Below are positions 49,342 through 64,000 of a stretch of 64,000 nucleotides of DNA, one piece after another. Both the position numbers and the translations under genes were made by a program. Position 1 is the first letter of the stretch. Every line of letters begins with the position of its first letter. Source of the stretch: the human T2T-CHM13v2.0 reference genome, Homo sapiens; the NCBI RefSeq assembly GCF_009914755.1, contig NC_060941.1. One strand, given 5' to 3'. Below the pieces are notes generated by a model. The model was not told where the DNA came from, did no database searches, and saw only the letters and a program-made list of their open reading frames with translations.

Positions 49342-49997
49342 CACACGTTGTATTTTTTTTTTGCAGATGCACAACCTGTGTGCCAGCATCGTTTAATAAC
49401 AACTCCACCCCTTCCTGACCCTTTGCTATGTGCCAGGTCTGAGCACTTCCATGTATGAACTCCTTTAGTCCTCACAAGCACCCAAGAGGCAGAAACTATC
49501 ATTATTTCCATGAGAGATGAGGAACTGAAGAACACAGAGGCTAAGTGATTTGCATAAGGTCACACAGCTAGTGAGTGATCGAGCCAGGTTTCACCCGAGA
49601 ATCTGACCTGGCATCCCCTTGAGGAGACTCATATCCTGGGGAGTCCTTCCCCCCAGGTTTGCAAACATATTGCCAGAGTGTGGAATACGGTTTTCTCCAA
49701 ATTCTATTCTCATTCCTAGTCTTGAACGTGTCTGCTATCCCCATTCCCCTTCCCAGGGAAACTGCAAATCACGATGTGCCCAGGTCTGTCTCATCAGTGC
49801 TTGCAGAGACCAGTCCATGCGTGGGGTCGCTCATCCACTCTAAAAGAAGTATGAATGGGATGCGTGTTGGTTTCCCAGCTCATTGATTTCCGTTTCTATC
49901 AATTCCTAGTTTCTTTTGGTGCTTAAACTATATAGGTCCTTTATTTTTGTTTTCCTATTATAACACAGGAGTGAAAGTGTTTGCTTTTCCTCTGAAT

Positions 49998-51068
49998 TTG
50001 CTGCTGGAGCTCAAGCGAGAGTTCGCCTTCAAAGATGCCCTCTACATGTGTGAGGTCACCTGAAGTTCGCTGTCCCCTGATCCTCCTGAACATGAGGGAG
50101 AACTGGTTGGATCCCCCAGCTAAGTGGCAGACACTGGTTTTGGTGGCCACAGGGGGCAGCCCGTGTGACAGGCACATGCTAAGGCCTGCCAGTGGAGGAG
50201 GTAGTACCTTTGAAGATGCCATTGACCACCTGGCCACAGCCAGCCAGGGGCCTGGTAGCAGGGGGTGTCACCTGAGACAAGCCGTCCTGGATGGCCTCCA
50301 GCAACTCAGGGATAACATGGGCTTCGGGAGGGACCCTCTGGTCCAGCTGCCCCACCCAACCACCCTTATTAGCTCCAAGTCCCTCTCCAAGCCTTTGCCA
50401 AACTCCCCAGACCCACTGCTCTCCTCCTTTTCCCATCCTGGTTCCCCATCTTCCTTATCTCCACCATCCACCCAGGAGGCGTCTGCCACTGCTGACATGC
50501 TGTCGGCTCCCCCTTGGTGCGAGAGGTAGGCTCCCAGAAAGACCCTGGAAAGTCCCTGCCACCCACACCACCAATGGGGCTGCCCCCACCCCAGGAGTCT
50601 GGTTGGGGGAACCCATTTATGCTGTTCCTCTACCTGGCCCTCCTGCTGGAGCACCGCAACCACACCATGTGCAATGCGCTGGATGACAACGAGCTGGCCA
50701 TGTGCTTTGACCGCCTCATGTGAAAACGCCACCTGGGGCGTGTCCTGTGCTGGGCCAGGGCTCTCTTTGCTGATTACCTGCAGTGTGGGACTTGGAGGAG
50801 GGGGCTGAGGCCACAGCTACATCTTGATCAGGCTTTCTCCAGCCCACCATCAGCCCCACCAGATCTCCATTCTTTGCCATGAGGGCCAACACGTGAGAAC
50901 CCACCTCCCTGCCTGCCAGCCCTAGACCTGCTGGAGCATAGAGCCCTTCCTCCCCAGGTCTAAGTAAGTATGCAGGGGCCTGCTCTGCCACTGCCCCAGA
51001 GGAGCCACGGCCTCTTTACTCTGTTTCTGCTGTTTTAACAACTATACTTTACACACATGAAAAAAAAA
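49998..51068 (+). pseudogene. TBC1D25 (OATL1) 5'-truncated retro-pseudogene: C-terminal CDS, 3'UTR and polyA remnant
   Basis: Translates to LLLELKREFAF..., HMLRPASGGGSTFEDAIDHLATASQGPG..., LPPPQESGWGNPFMLFLYLALLLEHR...NELAMCFDRL, matching the TBC1D25 C-terminus as recalled. Stops at 50061, 50121, 50166, 50721; frameshifts at ~50172, ~50499, ~50783; ancestral stop 50825-50827; A-run 51060-51068. Confidence 0.9.
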
Positions 51069-53069
51069 GAATCTCCACCTATTAAATCAAATGTATTGGT
51101 TATTCTTTTATATCATTCCTTTTTATTGACTGGCCTGAGAGCTGTGTATTGACATCGCCCACTGTAACTGTATTTGGATCAAGCTCTCCTTACAATTCTA
51201 GTAATTTTGGCTTTGTGTATTTAACCATCATTTTGCTTAGTCCATATGGGTCTATGACTTTTTTCCTTTATAAGATTTGCTTTTCATCATCACATGTTCT
51301 AAGCTGAAAGTCCGCCTGTCTGTGGCTCACACTGCTGGCACGCCACGTCTGTGTCTTATCTGTCCACACACGGACCGCCCCCAGCCCTTCTCGACCTTGC
51401 TGTTCCGCATGCATCCCGTCAATCCTGCAGAGCTAGGGCTTGTTTTCAGACAATATCCTGACAGCCTCTCTTTGTGTAATGGCTGAAATACTTGGGGTTA
51501 TCCTCTCAATTTCCCCCTGTATGGAGCGGTTTACTTCCTCCGGTTATTTCCTCTTGCCTCCAGTGCTGTTCCTTCCACTTCCCCTGGCTTGTCTGTGAGT
51601 TCTTCCTACCTTTCCGCTGTGTCGATGGGTCCTCCCGTCTCTGCTCCGTAATCACAGGCGCATTTCTCTACCCACTGTTTCCCACTCTGGGCTGCCCTCC
51701 TTTGCCAGGACACGAGCTTCAGACTCACCTCCGCTCCACTGCCACCCCAGGCCTTGGCTGTAGCATTTGGGATGGGCACCCCTCCCCCTCCCCACCTCTG
51801 TGCCCCAAGGTTTTTGCCCCCCACTTAAAACTAAAAGTACAGAGCCCTCCTGTACTTTTAGTTTTACACTATTATTTGGCCCAAGTGAGGTATGAATACA
51901 AAATGACTTTTTTCCCAATTACTGCCTCCCACTGTCCCTTGTCCAACCTTTATTATCCATCCCTAGGACACCCCAACAGCTCCCATCCCTTCCTGGCTGG
52001 TGTCCCATATCAAAACGCCAGGTCCAGGAGAATTTATTAAGCTGACCCTAGTGAATGCGCTTCTGCCCAGCCTGGATTGGGCCTGTGGCCCTGAGGAAGG
52101 GGACAAGGAAGGCCTCATTACCCCGCCCACCCTGGGTCTCCCTTTCCCTCTGGAATATCGGCTGGTAGGAGAAAAATGGGCAAGAGCGAAGGACTTCTGA
52201 CTTAACTGGTGCTCCTGGGAGGTGCTGCTCTTCACAGCCCCTGCAGTGCTTACCCACCACTGGGTTCCTGGAGAGGGAGGGAGATTCCTGCTGCCCCCCA
52301 TACTCTCCGCCAAGTACCTTCCATGGGGCCCCTCACCTCACCAGCAGGTCCCTGGCCATGGCATCGGCAAGGTGGCCCACCCAGCAAGCCTCCTGGGGTG
52401 CAGCTGGCCCAGAGGGAGCGAACGCATTGTCCCCATGCAAGACGCCTGTGCAGGCACCGCACTCAGCCCCTCTCTGCCCAGCCATCTCTGTCTCATTCTT
52501 TTTTCTTGCTCAACCAGCTCAAATGACACAGACGGTGGCTCAGCTAGTCCTTTGTATGAGAAGACATCCCAACGGGCAATGAAACGCCACCCCTTTCCTT
52601 GCAGGTACCCCCATCTCCATCAGGGAGTCCCTTGGAGCCCCATGGTTGGCGCAGAGTGGTGGGGAGCCCATCTGTGTGTGAGGGAGGCTCCAGGGAAGGA
52701 AGGAAAAAGGTCCTGTTTCTCTCCTGTTAGGTTCATGATTCCTTCAACTCTCACCAGCTCTCCAATGTCTAGTTTTCTGTTTACATGGCAGAGATGCTGG
52801 AAGATATGGAAGGGCCGGCTCTGCTCCCTCATCCTTGGGAGAGGTCTCCACAGGGCAAAGGCCCAGAGCACACGAAGGATGTACAGAGCCCAAGATGATG
52901 GCATTTCAGGCCTTGGGACCCCTGGTGATGGGTGGAGAGTGGGTGAGTCTCCCAGTGCCTCCCAAACTGGAGCACGCTCCATTCCAGCTGTGTCCTTCCG
53001 CCCCATAATCACTAAGACAACCACAGAGCCCCCCAGACCCATTCAAAACCATCCACAAAAATCACATAC

Positions 53070-54171
<1,102 letters not shown>

Positions 54172-55249
54172 TCAGGTGGACGTGTATTAGTTGGCCTCTC
54201 CTGCAAATGACAAGCACCAAGAGAAGATGCTGCTTTGGCCCTCTGGGAGGAGCCCTGGTGATGCAGGTGTAGGAGCAAGCTGTGGCGATGCAGGTGTAGG
54301 AGCAAGCTCGGGGCCTGGGGACCGCTGCATGAGGGTGTGGTCTGTCTCCCTTCCTCTCCCTCTGCCCTCCCTGCCCCCTGCTTGTCTCTGCACATCTGCC
54401 TCATTCCTCCTGCCTGCTGGAGGAGAAGCGGGAAGGAGACAGGGAGTGTCCATGGACTCCCATGCCTGTGCTCAGTGAGGCCCCACACTCACACGCACAG
54501 CCCTAGCCCCGAGGCCTGCTTGCCACCAAAAGCAAGCATCTCAACACGTGGCCTAATGCCTTCCTCCTGCACGAATCCATGGGGCCTCACTCCCCACTCA
54601 CCTGTCATTTCGAGATTTCCACGCTCCCTGCTCCTTGGCTGCCCCGCCCCACGCCCCACCCCTCCTTCCTGCCACCCTCTTGTCCATCCATCCACCCAAA
54701 CCCTGCCTCTGGGCCCTCTGGAAAGCACAGTCCTCCTCCTCCCTTCCTGAACCCGAAATCTGTTTGCCCAAAGGACCAGGGCGGCTTCCCTGCGGCCCTC
54801 CTTCCCAAGGGTGCTGCCTTTCTCCAGGCCCCTCACGCCTCAGGACCTGGGGTGGAGAGGGCTCCTCCAAGCCCTGTGGTGCATCCAGGCCGCAGGACAG
54901 TGCTTGTCTCCACAAATCCCAGCTCCTCGGAAGCTGACACCATGGCCCGAGGCCCCTCCTCTCTCCCTCTCCCTTAGGGAGGCCCACCTGGCCCTCCTCA
55001 CTAAGATGCTCAGCGCCAGAGCCCTCGGCTTCTGATCTCATCTGCACCGACTTTTTCTTCCATGCGCCTTCAGCTCACACTGCCAAGGTCCCACTGTGAG
55101 CGATGAGCTTTACACAGTGACAGCCCTGGTCAGGAGAAAGGTGCTCTCTCATAACTGATGATGCCTGTCTGGGGCCAGCAGGATCAGAGCTGGAACTAAG
55201 GAACAAACACTGGCAAACAAGTGCCTTATTTTTCCATGTAGACCTATTT

Positions 55250-55930
55250 TTTTCATATTTCTTTTGTGGTAAAAATACATAAAATAGATTCACCATTGTA
55301 ACCGTTTTCAAGTGTAGAGCTCAGTGGCATTAAGCACATTCACACTGTGTGCAGTCATCAGCTCTATCCATCTCCAGGACTTTTTCATCCTCCCCAAACT
55401 GAAACTCTGTGTCCATTAAAAAAACTCCCCAGAGCCACTGGAAACCACCATTCTCCTCTGTCTCTATGAACCTGACGACTCAGTGCCTCATGGAAGTGGA
55501 ATCATACAAAATTTGTCCTTCTGTGTCTGGCTTCTTTCACTCAGCGTGATGTCCTCAAGATGCATCCCGTGTTGCAGCACGTCAGGATTTCCTTCCTTTT
55601 TCAGGCTGAATAACATCCCACCATCTGTCTATGCCTCATTTTACTCCTCCACTCACCAGCCCGTGGACACTTGGGCTGCCTCCACCTTTTGGCTATTGCA
55701 AATCACGCTGCAATGAACATGGGGGTGCGAGGATTTCCTCGAGACCCTCTTTCGCTTCTCTCAGGTATATAATCAGAAGCAGAATTGCTGGATCATGTGG
55801 TAATCCTACGTTTAACTTTCTGAGGAACTGCCAGACTGTTCTCCACAGCAGCTGCACCATTTTAACATTCCCAACCGCCATGCACAAGGGTTCCAATTTC
55901 TCCACATCCTCACAACACTTATTTTCATGG
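55250..55930 (-). mobile_element. L1MB 3' end
   Basis: Antisense L1M 3'UTR and ORF2 C-terminus (QLLWRTVWQFLRKLN...DPAILLL). Confidence 0.85.
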
Positions 55931-56127
55931 AGGTTACTTAATCGCTACAGTGAACAGGCAGGTCTCAGAGTTTGCCGTCAGAAAAACAACTCTCTTTTCT
56001 CTCCTCTGAGCTCTGCAGCTAGTTCTTCCTGGACCTTGGGACGAGAACTGGGGCAAGTCCATGATGTTCCCTCTCCGATCATGAATAACAACTTGATTTC
56101 AGTCAGTTAAAAAAAAATGCCTGTTGG

Positions 56128-56516
<389 letters not shown>

Positions 56517-56544
56517 CTATAGGCTTCTCAGCCTCCCCACCTTG

Positions 56545-56584
56545 CTCCTCCTTCTCCTCCTCCTCCTCCTCCTCCTCCTCCTCG
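56545..56584. repeat. (CCT)n trinucleotide repeat
   Basis: Read directly. Confidence 0.85.
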
Positions 56585-58039
56585 GCCTCAGTGAGCCCGG
56601 GCTCCACTAAGATCACAGAGGGAAGGTAGGCAAAGGGGCTGGGGAGCAGCTTTCTTGTCTCGCGCCAGTCTCAGGTGGTTTCTTCTGAGGTCCGAGGCTT
56701 GCTCGCTCACACAGCAGCTTTTGACAGCCTCCCACACCCTCTGTTCCCAAGGACTGCTGCCCTGGGCTCCCTTTGACGGAGGAGATGCCATCTCTACAGA
56801 CGGCTCATGCTCCTCTGCTGCTCCTTAGCCTCTGACAGACACCCCCTGCTTTCCTGCCAAGGCCCCCTTACCCCAAGCCCTGGAGCAGCCATGTTGGACA
56901 GGACCCCCAGCTCTCCCTGCCTGCGTCTCTGCCCACATCGCCCCCTTGGCACTGCTGCACAGTCTTTGGCCTACAAAGTGTTTGAGAGCAGCTGGCCAGA
57001 AATGAACTCCTGGCCATTTGATTTTTCAGGCAGCAGACACCCACCTAGCATGTCCCCCAAGCTTCAGAAGATACATAGAAAAGCTCTCCCAAAGGTGCCA
57101 CCAAGGAGGGGTGCCAGCAGCCTCAGCCCTCCATCGGAGGGAGACGCTCAAAGCAGTCTCACTTAGCATCCCTCAAAAGCAGGGCCGGGGAAGGAGAGCC
57201 AGCGCAAGGGCAACACTGAGTTGGGTCCTGGCTATTTCCGCGGGGGCGCCTGAGCAACGGTCTGGCTGGTCTCCCCTGGCAATGGTGCACCCGGAGGACT
57301 CAGCACTGCCCTCTGCTGCTGGCAGGTTGAGCTTAGCAAAATCAGCCTGCTGGGCCCACGGGTAGCCTGCAGCTCCTTCACCATGGCAGGCTTATCCTGG
57401 GCTCACGGTGCAAGCATCAGGGTGGCCAAGGATGGAGGCCAGTTGACCTTCACTGGACAAGTCGTCCTGTCCACCTGGTTTGTCCTGTGCCCCTCTGGTG
57501 GGCGCTGACACTAAACACAGTACTGTCTGCTCACTGCCTGGGTTATCACAAGTCTTCTCCAGATCGCCTTCGCTCCAACTTGCCAATCTTGCTTCTTCTA
57601 AGCCCCTGACCAATCAGCAAAGCCATGCACCACTGCCCGCATGTCTGTGTCTCTCCTTCCCCCCAGCCTCTCCTCTCTATACAAAGGCTATGCCAGGCAC
57701 GCTGCTGGAAGCTCTGCCCACCTTGCAGACAGGGTCTCCTAGCATGTGACCTAGCTTCACCAATCCAACAGGCCGACACTGGACCTTAAAAGAGCCAAGA
57801 TGTGGGGACCTCAGGGGTTTTTCTCTCTGACAGCAGTAGTGGTTGCCACAAGATCAAATTTCCCGAGAGGCAGCGGACACAGTGTCAGCAATGCATTGAC
57901 ATCCTCTGCCTATTCCAGTTCTGCAGCTTCATTTCTGACTTTTTTTCCCCAGCTCTCCAGGCCTCCCCCAAATTCTTACAAATAGCCTTTAAAAAAAATA
58001 ACAAGTTCTTTTCTGCTTAAATAAGCCAAAGTTGTTCCT

Positions 58040-58545
58040 ATGTTCCCATTTTTGCTAAGCTGCACAAAATGGCCATAGGAATTCCTCCCATCCCTGTATG
58101 TACAGAGCTTTACAATGTGCCTTTGCTATAAACCCCATCAATAGGGGGATTTCTCCACCTCCTGAATCTGGGCTTGGTCATGGGGCTTGCTTTGGCCAAT
58201 GGGACACTGGCAAATATGAGGCACAGAGACACGTAGGGTGCTGGTGATTGCGCCCTGGGACTTGCTCTCCACCTACCATGGGACACCACCATGTAAACAA
58301 GGCTGAGCTGGCCTGCCAGATGATGGCAGACAGGAGGCCAAGTCATCCTTGATGTCCCAGCTAAACATCATGCAAGTCTACAAACCCAAGTGAAGTTGTC
58401 TTAGACCACTGACCACCAGCCATGTTGACTCAGACCAGAACTGCCTAACTCGCCCATAAGCATGATGAGAAATAATACATGCTTATTATTTTAAGCCATT
58501 AAGTTTTGGAGTGGCTTGTTATACAGCAAAAATTAACTCATACAC
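58040..58545 (+). mobile_element. MLT1 (MaLR) LTR
   Basis: cttgctttggccaatggg; ttttaagccattaagttttggagtggcttgttatacagca end motif. Confidence 0.8.
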
Positions 58546-58737
58546 TTTCTAGCAACTGAGAATACTGATAGATACCCACATCCTATTGATCTCCAAGGCA
58601 TTTTAACTCCTACTCATCTATTGAAATCATCCATCATTCTCATGTGAGTAAGTTTCATCTGGTCTCCCTGAATCCATCTGTGCCCCTCTCATCTTTTCTG
58701 CAACCTGCCAATCTGATTAAGCCACATCCCATGCTTA

Positions 58738-59174
<437 letters not shown>

Positions 59175-59407
59175 TCACATATACATAAACATGCTTAAAG
59201 CTGCACCTAAGCAGATCCATCTGCTTCATTTACATCTAGAGATGGGCTGTAAGAACATGAGCTCTGGAGGAAGCCTGCCTGAGTTAGAATCCTGGCTCAG
59301 GGACTCACCACCTATGAGAAATTAAGCAAGTTACTTAACCTCTCTAAGCTTCAGTTTCCTCATGGGCTGGCTGTGGGTTCATATAAAATGCTTAGAACTG
59401 TGACTGG

Positions 59408-59705
59408 CAGGCAGGGCGCAGTGGCTTACACCTGTAATCCCAGCACTTTGGGAGGCTGAGGCAGGTGGATCACCTGAGGTCAGGAGTTCAAGACCAGCCT
59501 GGCCAAGATGGTGAAATCCCATCTCTACTAAAACTACAAAAATTAGCCAGGCGTGGTGGCAGGCACCTGTAATCCCAGCTACTTGGGAGATTTAGGCAGG
59601 ATAATCTCTTGAACCCAGATGGCAGAGGTGCAGTGAGCTGAGATCGCGCCACTGCACTCCAGACTGGGCAAGAGTGAGACTCCGTCTAAAAAAAAAAAAA
59701 AAAAC
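59408..59705 (+). mobile_element. AluS inside a MIR
   Basis: Sense Alu; MIR core at ~59240-59400. Confidence 0.88.
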
Positions 59706-60383
59706 TGACTGGCATGGGGAAGACATGCAGTGTATGTCAGCCATTATTTTCCACAAATATCAAATATATGTTGAGTACCTACTATCTCCCAGGTACTGTC
59801 CTAGGAGCTAGGGACACAGTAAGACAGTAAGGTTCCTGGCTTTAGAGAGCTGACATTTTAGTGAGGTGATAATAATAATAAACAAGTAAAAATACACACA
59901 AGATGATTTCCGAAAGTGATTACTGCACTGCAGAAAGCAAACCTGCTGGCCTTTGCACATGCTGGTCCCCGGCTCAGAACACTCCCCTCTCCGCCGGCTT
60001 CATGCTCCCTTCTTTCCTGACTTCCTTGGCTGGTCCAGTTCCCCTCCCACAAGTCCACATAACAACATCATCTACCTGTCTTCTGTGGCATTAGTCACAA
60101 TTGTCATGTTGTCTTTATCAACGTCCTATCTACAGTGTGTGCCTCATGAGGGCAGGCCATGCCCTGGCGTTCTCCCTTGTGTCATAGTATAGCACCAACT
60201 CAGAGCAGGTGCTTAACAAATGGCTTCGAGGGCATGAATGACAGGAAAAAAAGACCCAATATCAAGCCAAACATCACAATTTCTCAAAATTTGTCCATTA
60301 GCCTCTGGCATAGGAAACATCCAGGGAAGGGAACTCCTACCCTAGACCCCACCTGCCCCACATCAGACCTCCTGGCAGCAGGC

Positions 60384-60707
<324 letters not shown>

Positions 60708-61269
60708 TAGTAGGCCTGAGGTCTTACCTTTCTCACCTACAAAAGCCCATCTAGAGCAGTCCTCCACATGGGGCACCCCCGGCCCTGCCGAGCAGAGGCA
60801 GGCCCCAGAAGGGACGTGTGTTGAGGGCAGCCCTTCCCTCCTGGGGGTGGCCCTTAGTTCTGCAGGTCCGAGTCTCCTTAGGGGCAGGCTCGCTCCCCAG
60901 CCCCTTCTCAAGCCAAGGGCAGATCTGACCAGCCCCAAGAGGGGATCGAGGAATCTTTGGGGCAAGACAGCAGAGCTTCTTTGGGGAAAAGGGACTTGAG
61001 GACTCACCTCACTGCTTCCCTTAAGAAGGGAGATGGGCTTCCGGGGAGCTGGGAGTCCCCAACATCTAGTGACAGGGGGGCACCAAGAGGGCAGCTCTCA
61101 CGTTTTCTGTGAGTTTGTGCCTTTTCTGAGGTTTTCCTCAGACTCTCAAAGGGGTCCCTGCTGGCGACCCCTTGGGAAGAAGTTACCTCACTGTCCCTTC
61201 TCCCCTCCCCATGCAAGACACTGTCCTTTCTCAGGGAGCAGCCTGAGAAGCCTCACTGCCTGGGGGCGG

Positions 61270-61285
61270 GCGCCCTCTGCCGGTT
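61270..61285 (-). promoter_or_regulatory. Candidate CTCF site (CCGGCAGAGGGCGC)
   Basis: Close match to the CCASYAGRKGGCRS core next to a GC box. Confidence 0.45.
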
Positions 61286-62057
61286 GAGGGCTGGCCCAGG
61301 TCTGGCTCAGCCCACGGGGCGCTGCTGGCAGTAGGGCTGGTCGGGGAGACACATGGGGCTGGACAGGTGTGTGGGGCCTGACCTAAGCTCCTTCTCCAAA
61401 GGCAGAGAAGGCACTGAGGTGGGACATGAGTCCCAGGGGTGGGGCCTGCCGCTGACAGTGTGTGGCTGTGGGGGTCCAGAGGCACATGACCTCAAAAGAG
61501 TTTGTTTCAATTCAGACAGGCAAGGGCTAGAGTACACATTTTGTATTTAAAAAACAGAGGACAGAGCTAAAATATTTATAGAGGATCGACCCCATGGTTT
61601 TTTGTCAGCCCCACAGCAAGGAACCAGAACTTGGTTTTGCAAAAATCAATATGCTTACATAGCCCTGCTGAGAGACAGGGCAACAGCCCAAGGCCTGGCT
61701 CCCCGGCACTGTAGGCAGCTGTTGCTAGGAACAGGGGCATCAGATCCCAGCATGGCAGGGAGAGCTTCACTTTGCTTGCTGCCACCATTTGTTGAGCACT
61801 TGCTAAATGCCAGGCACTGTGCAAAGAGCATTTTCCCCACACAGGTAGGATTAGAAAGTAGTAGTCCTCTTATCTTCTCTAATGGATGGAAAAACTGAGG
61901 CTCAGGATGGGAAGGTAACTTGTCCAAATAACACACAGGAAGATTAAAAGTAGAACACCTCATTTCTCAAAGCAGCAGAAAAACAAGTATGTTCCAAAAC
62001 TACCAATGGAGAAAAATTTGCATGCTGTAAACTAACAGTTCATTAAATTCTGTTTAA

Positions 62058-62720
<663 letters not shown>

Positions 62721-63507
62721 CACCTGGTTATCTTGGACCATCCTGCCCCAGACTTCCTCTGTAACAACCCATATAATGTTTCTATGACCATAGACGTAAA
62801 AGGAAACTGTGACCTTTACCAAAATAAGCAACTTATTTTTCACAAATTACTTATGTAATAAGCATCCTGTTTCCAAAACAGACCTCAGTTTTCAGGTCCG
62901 TTTTGAATTGACATTTGTCACACTGCTGACTCCTTTGTTACTGAGTGAACGATATATTCTTGAGACCAATTTTTCTAAGAAATGTTATTTTAGCACATGT
63001 TCCATGGAAAGGAGGGTTTACGTTTCCAAAATACAGATGTGACAAAGAGGAAGCACATCTGATGGCCAATGAGGAGAAACAACAGAGTGGATCCTGAGGC
63101 CTCCCGTGTCCTTTCAGCCTCCCTCTGCTACTCCCACTGCTGGCCACACCAGCCTCAGGGAGGGACTGCCATGTGCACTTTCCACGGCAGCTCATTTAAC
63201 TCTTGCAGGAAACCCAAGAGGCATGTTGTGTTTCTGTCTCTGCTTTACTGACAAGGACAGGGAAGCCCAGGGAGTGAGGCGTCTCACCCAGGTCAGTGTC
63301 GGCGCACACAGGAGGCAACCAGGGCATGTGGCAGGGCCCCACAGGACACCAGGGCCTCTCAAACCCACTACCCTTTCAGGCCCCTCTGCTGCTCACCATT
63401 GGTGAAGTGGGGCTGTCAGGAGCAAAGAGAATTTCTGGATTTTCTCCTAACATTTTCCCCTACTTTAACCTCCCTTCATCTGTTGAATTTACTGCAAATC
63501 TTTCCTA

Positions 63508-64000
<493 letters not shown>

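Overview
Human genomic DNA, recognised from its genes as 17p11.2; the locus assignment is from recall, not a lookup. Two multi-exon genes lie on the minus strand. (1) SLC47A2 (MATE2/MATE2-K): coding exons 1-10 run from the ATG at 11174 down to position 55, and the gene continues off the left edge. (2) ALDH3A1 is complete: non-coding exon 1 at ~42877-42915, ten coding exons 39747->32839 totalling 1362 nt (453 aa plus stop), and a polyA signal at 32632-32637. All exon boundaries were checked by eye for GT/AG and phase. A 5'-truncated, disabled TBC1D25 retrocopy with a polyA remnant lies at ~49998-51068 (+). The rest is rich in Alu, L1, L2, MIR, MaLR and DNA-transposon repeats. Most notable observations: a perfect-Kozak 39-aa uORF in frame with SLC47A2 and separated from it by a single TAG; a ~145-bp alternating purine/pyrimidine tract carrying ~12 AhR-core GCGTG motifs in ALDH3A1 intron 1; a stop-free 87-nt last intron in ALDH3A1; an orphan CpG island with two phase-compatible candidate downstream exons; a 37-bp VNTR born inside an MLT1 LTR; a near-pristine AluYb8 inverted against a nearby AluY; and an Alu interrupted by a 153-nt foreign segment. 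No new gene or system is established; the speculative items are labelled as inference.
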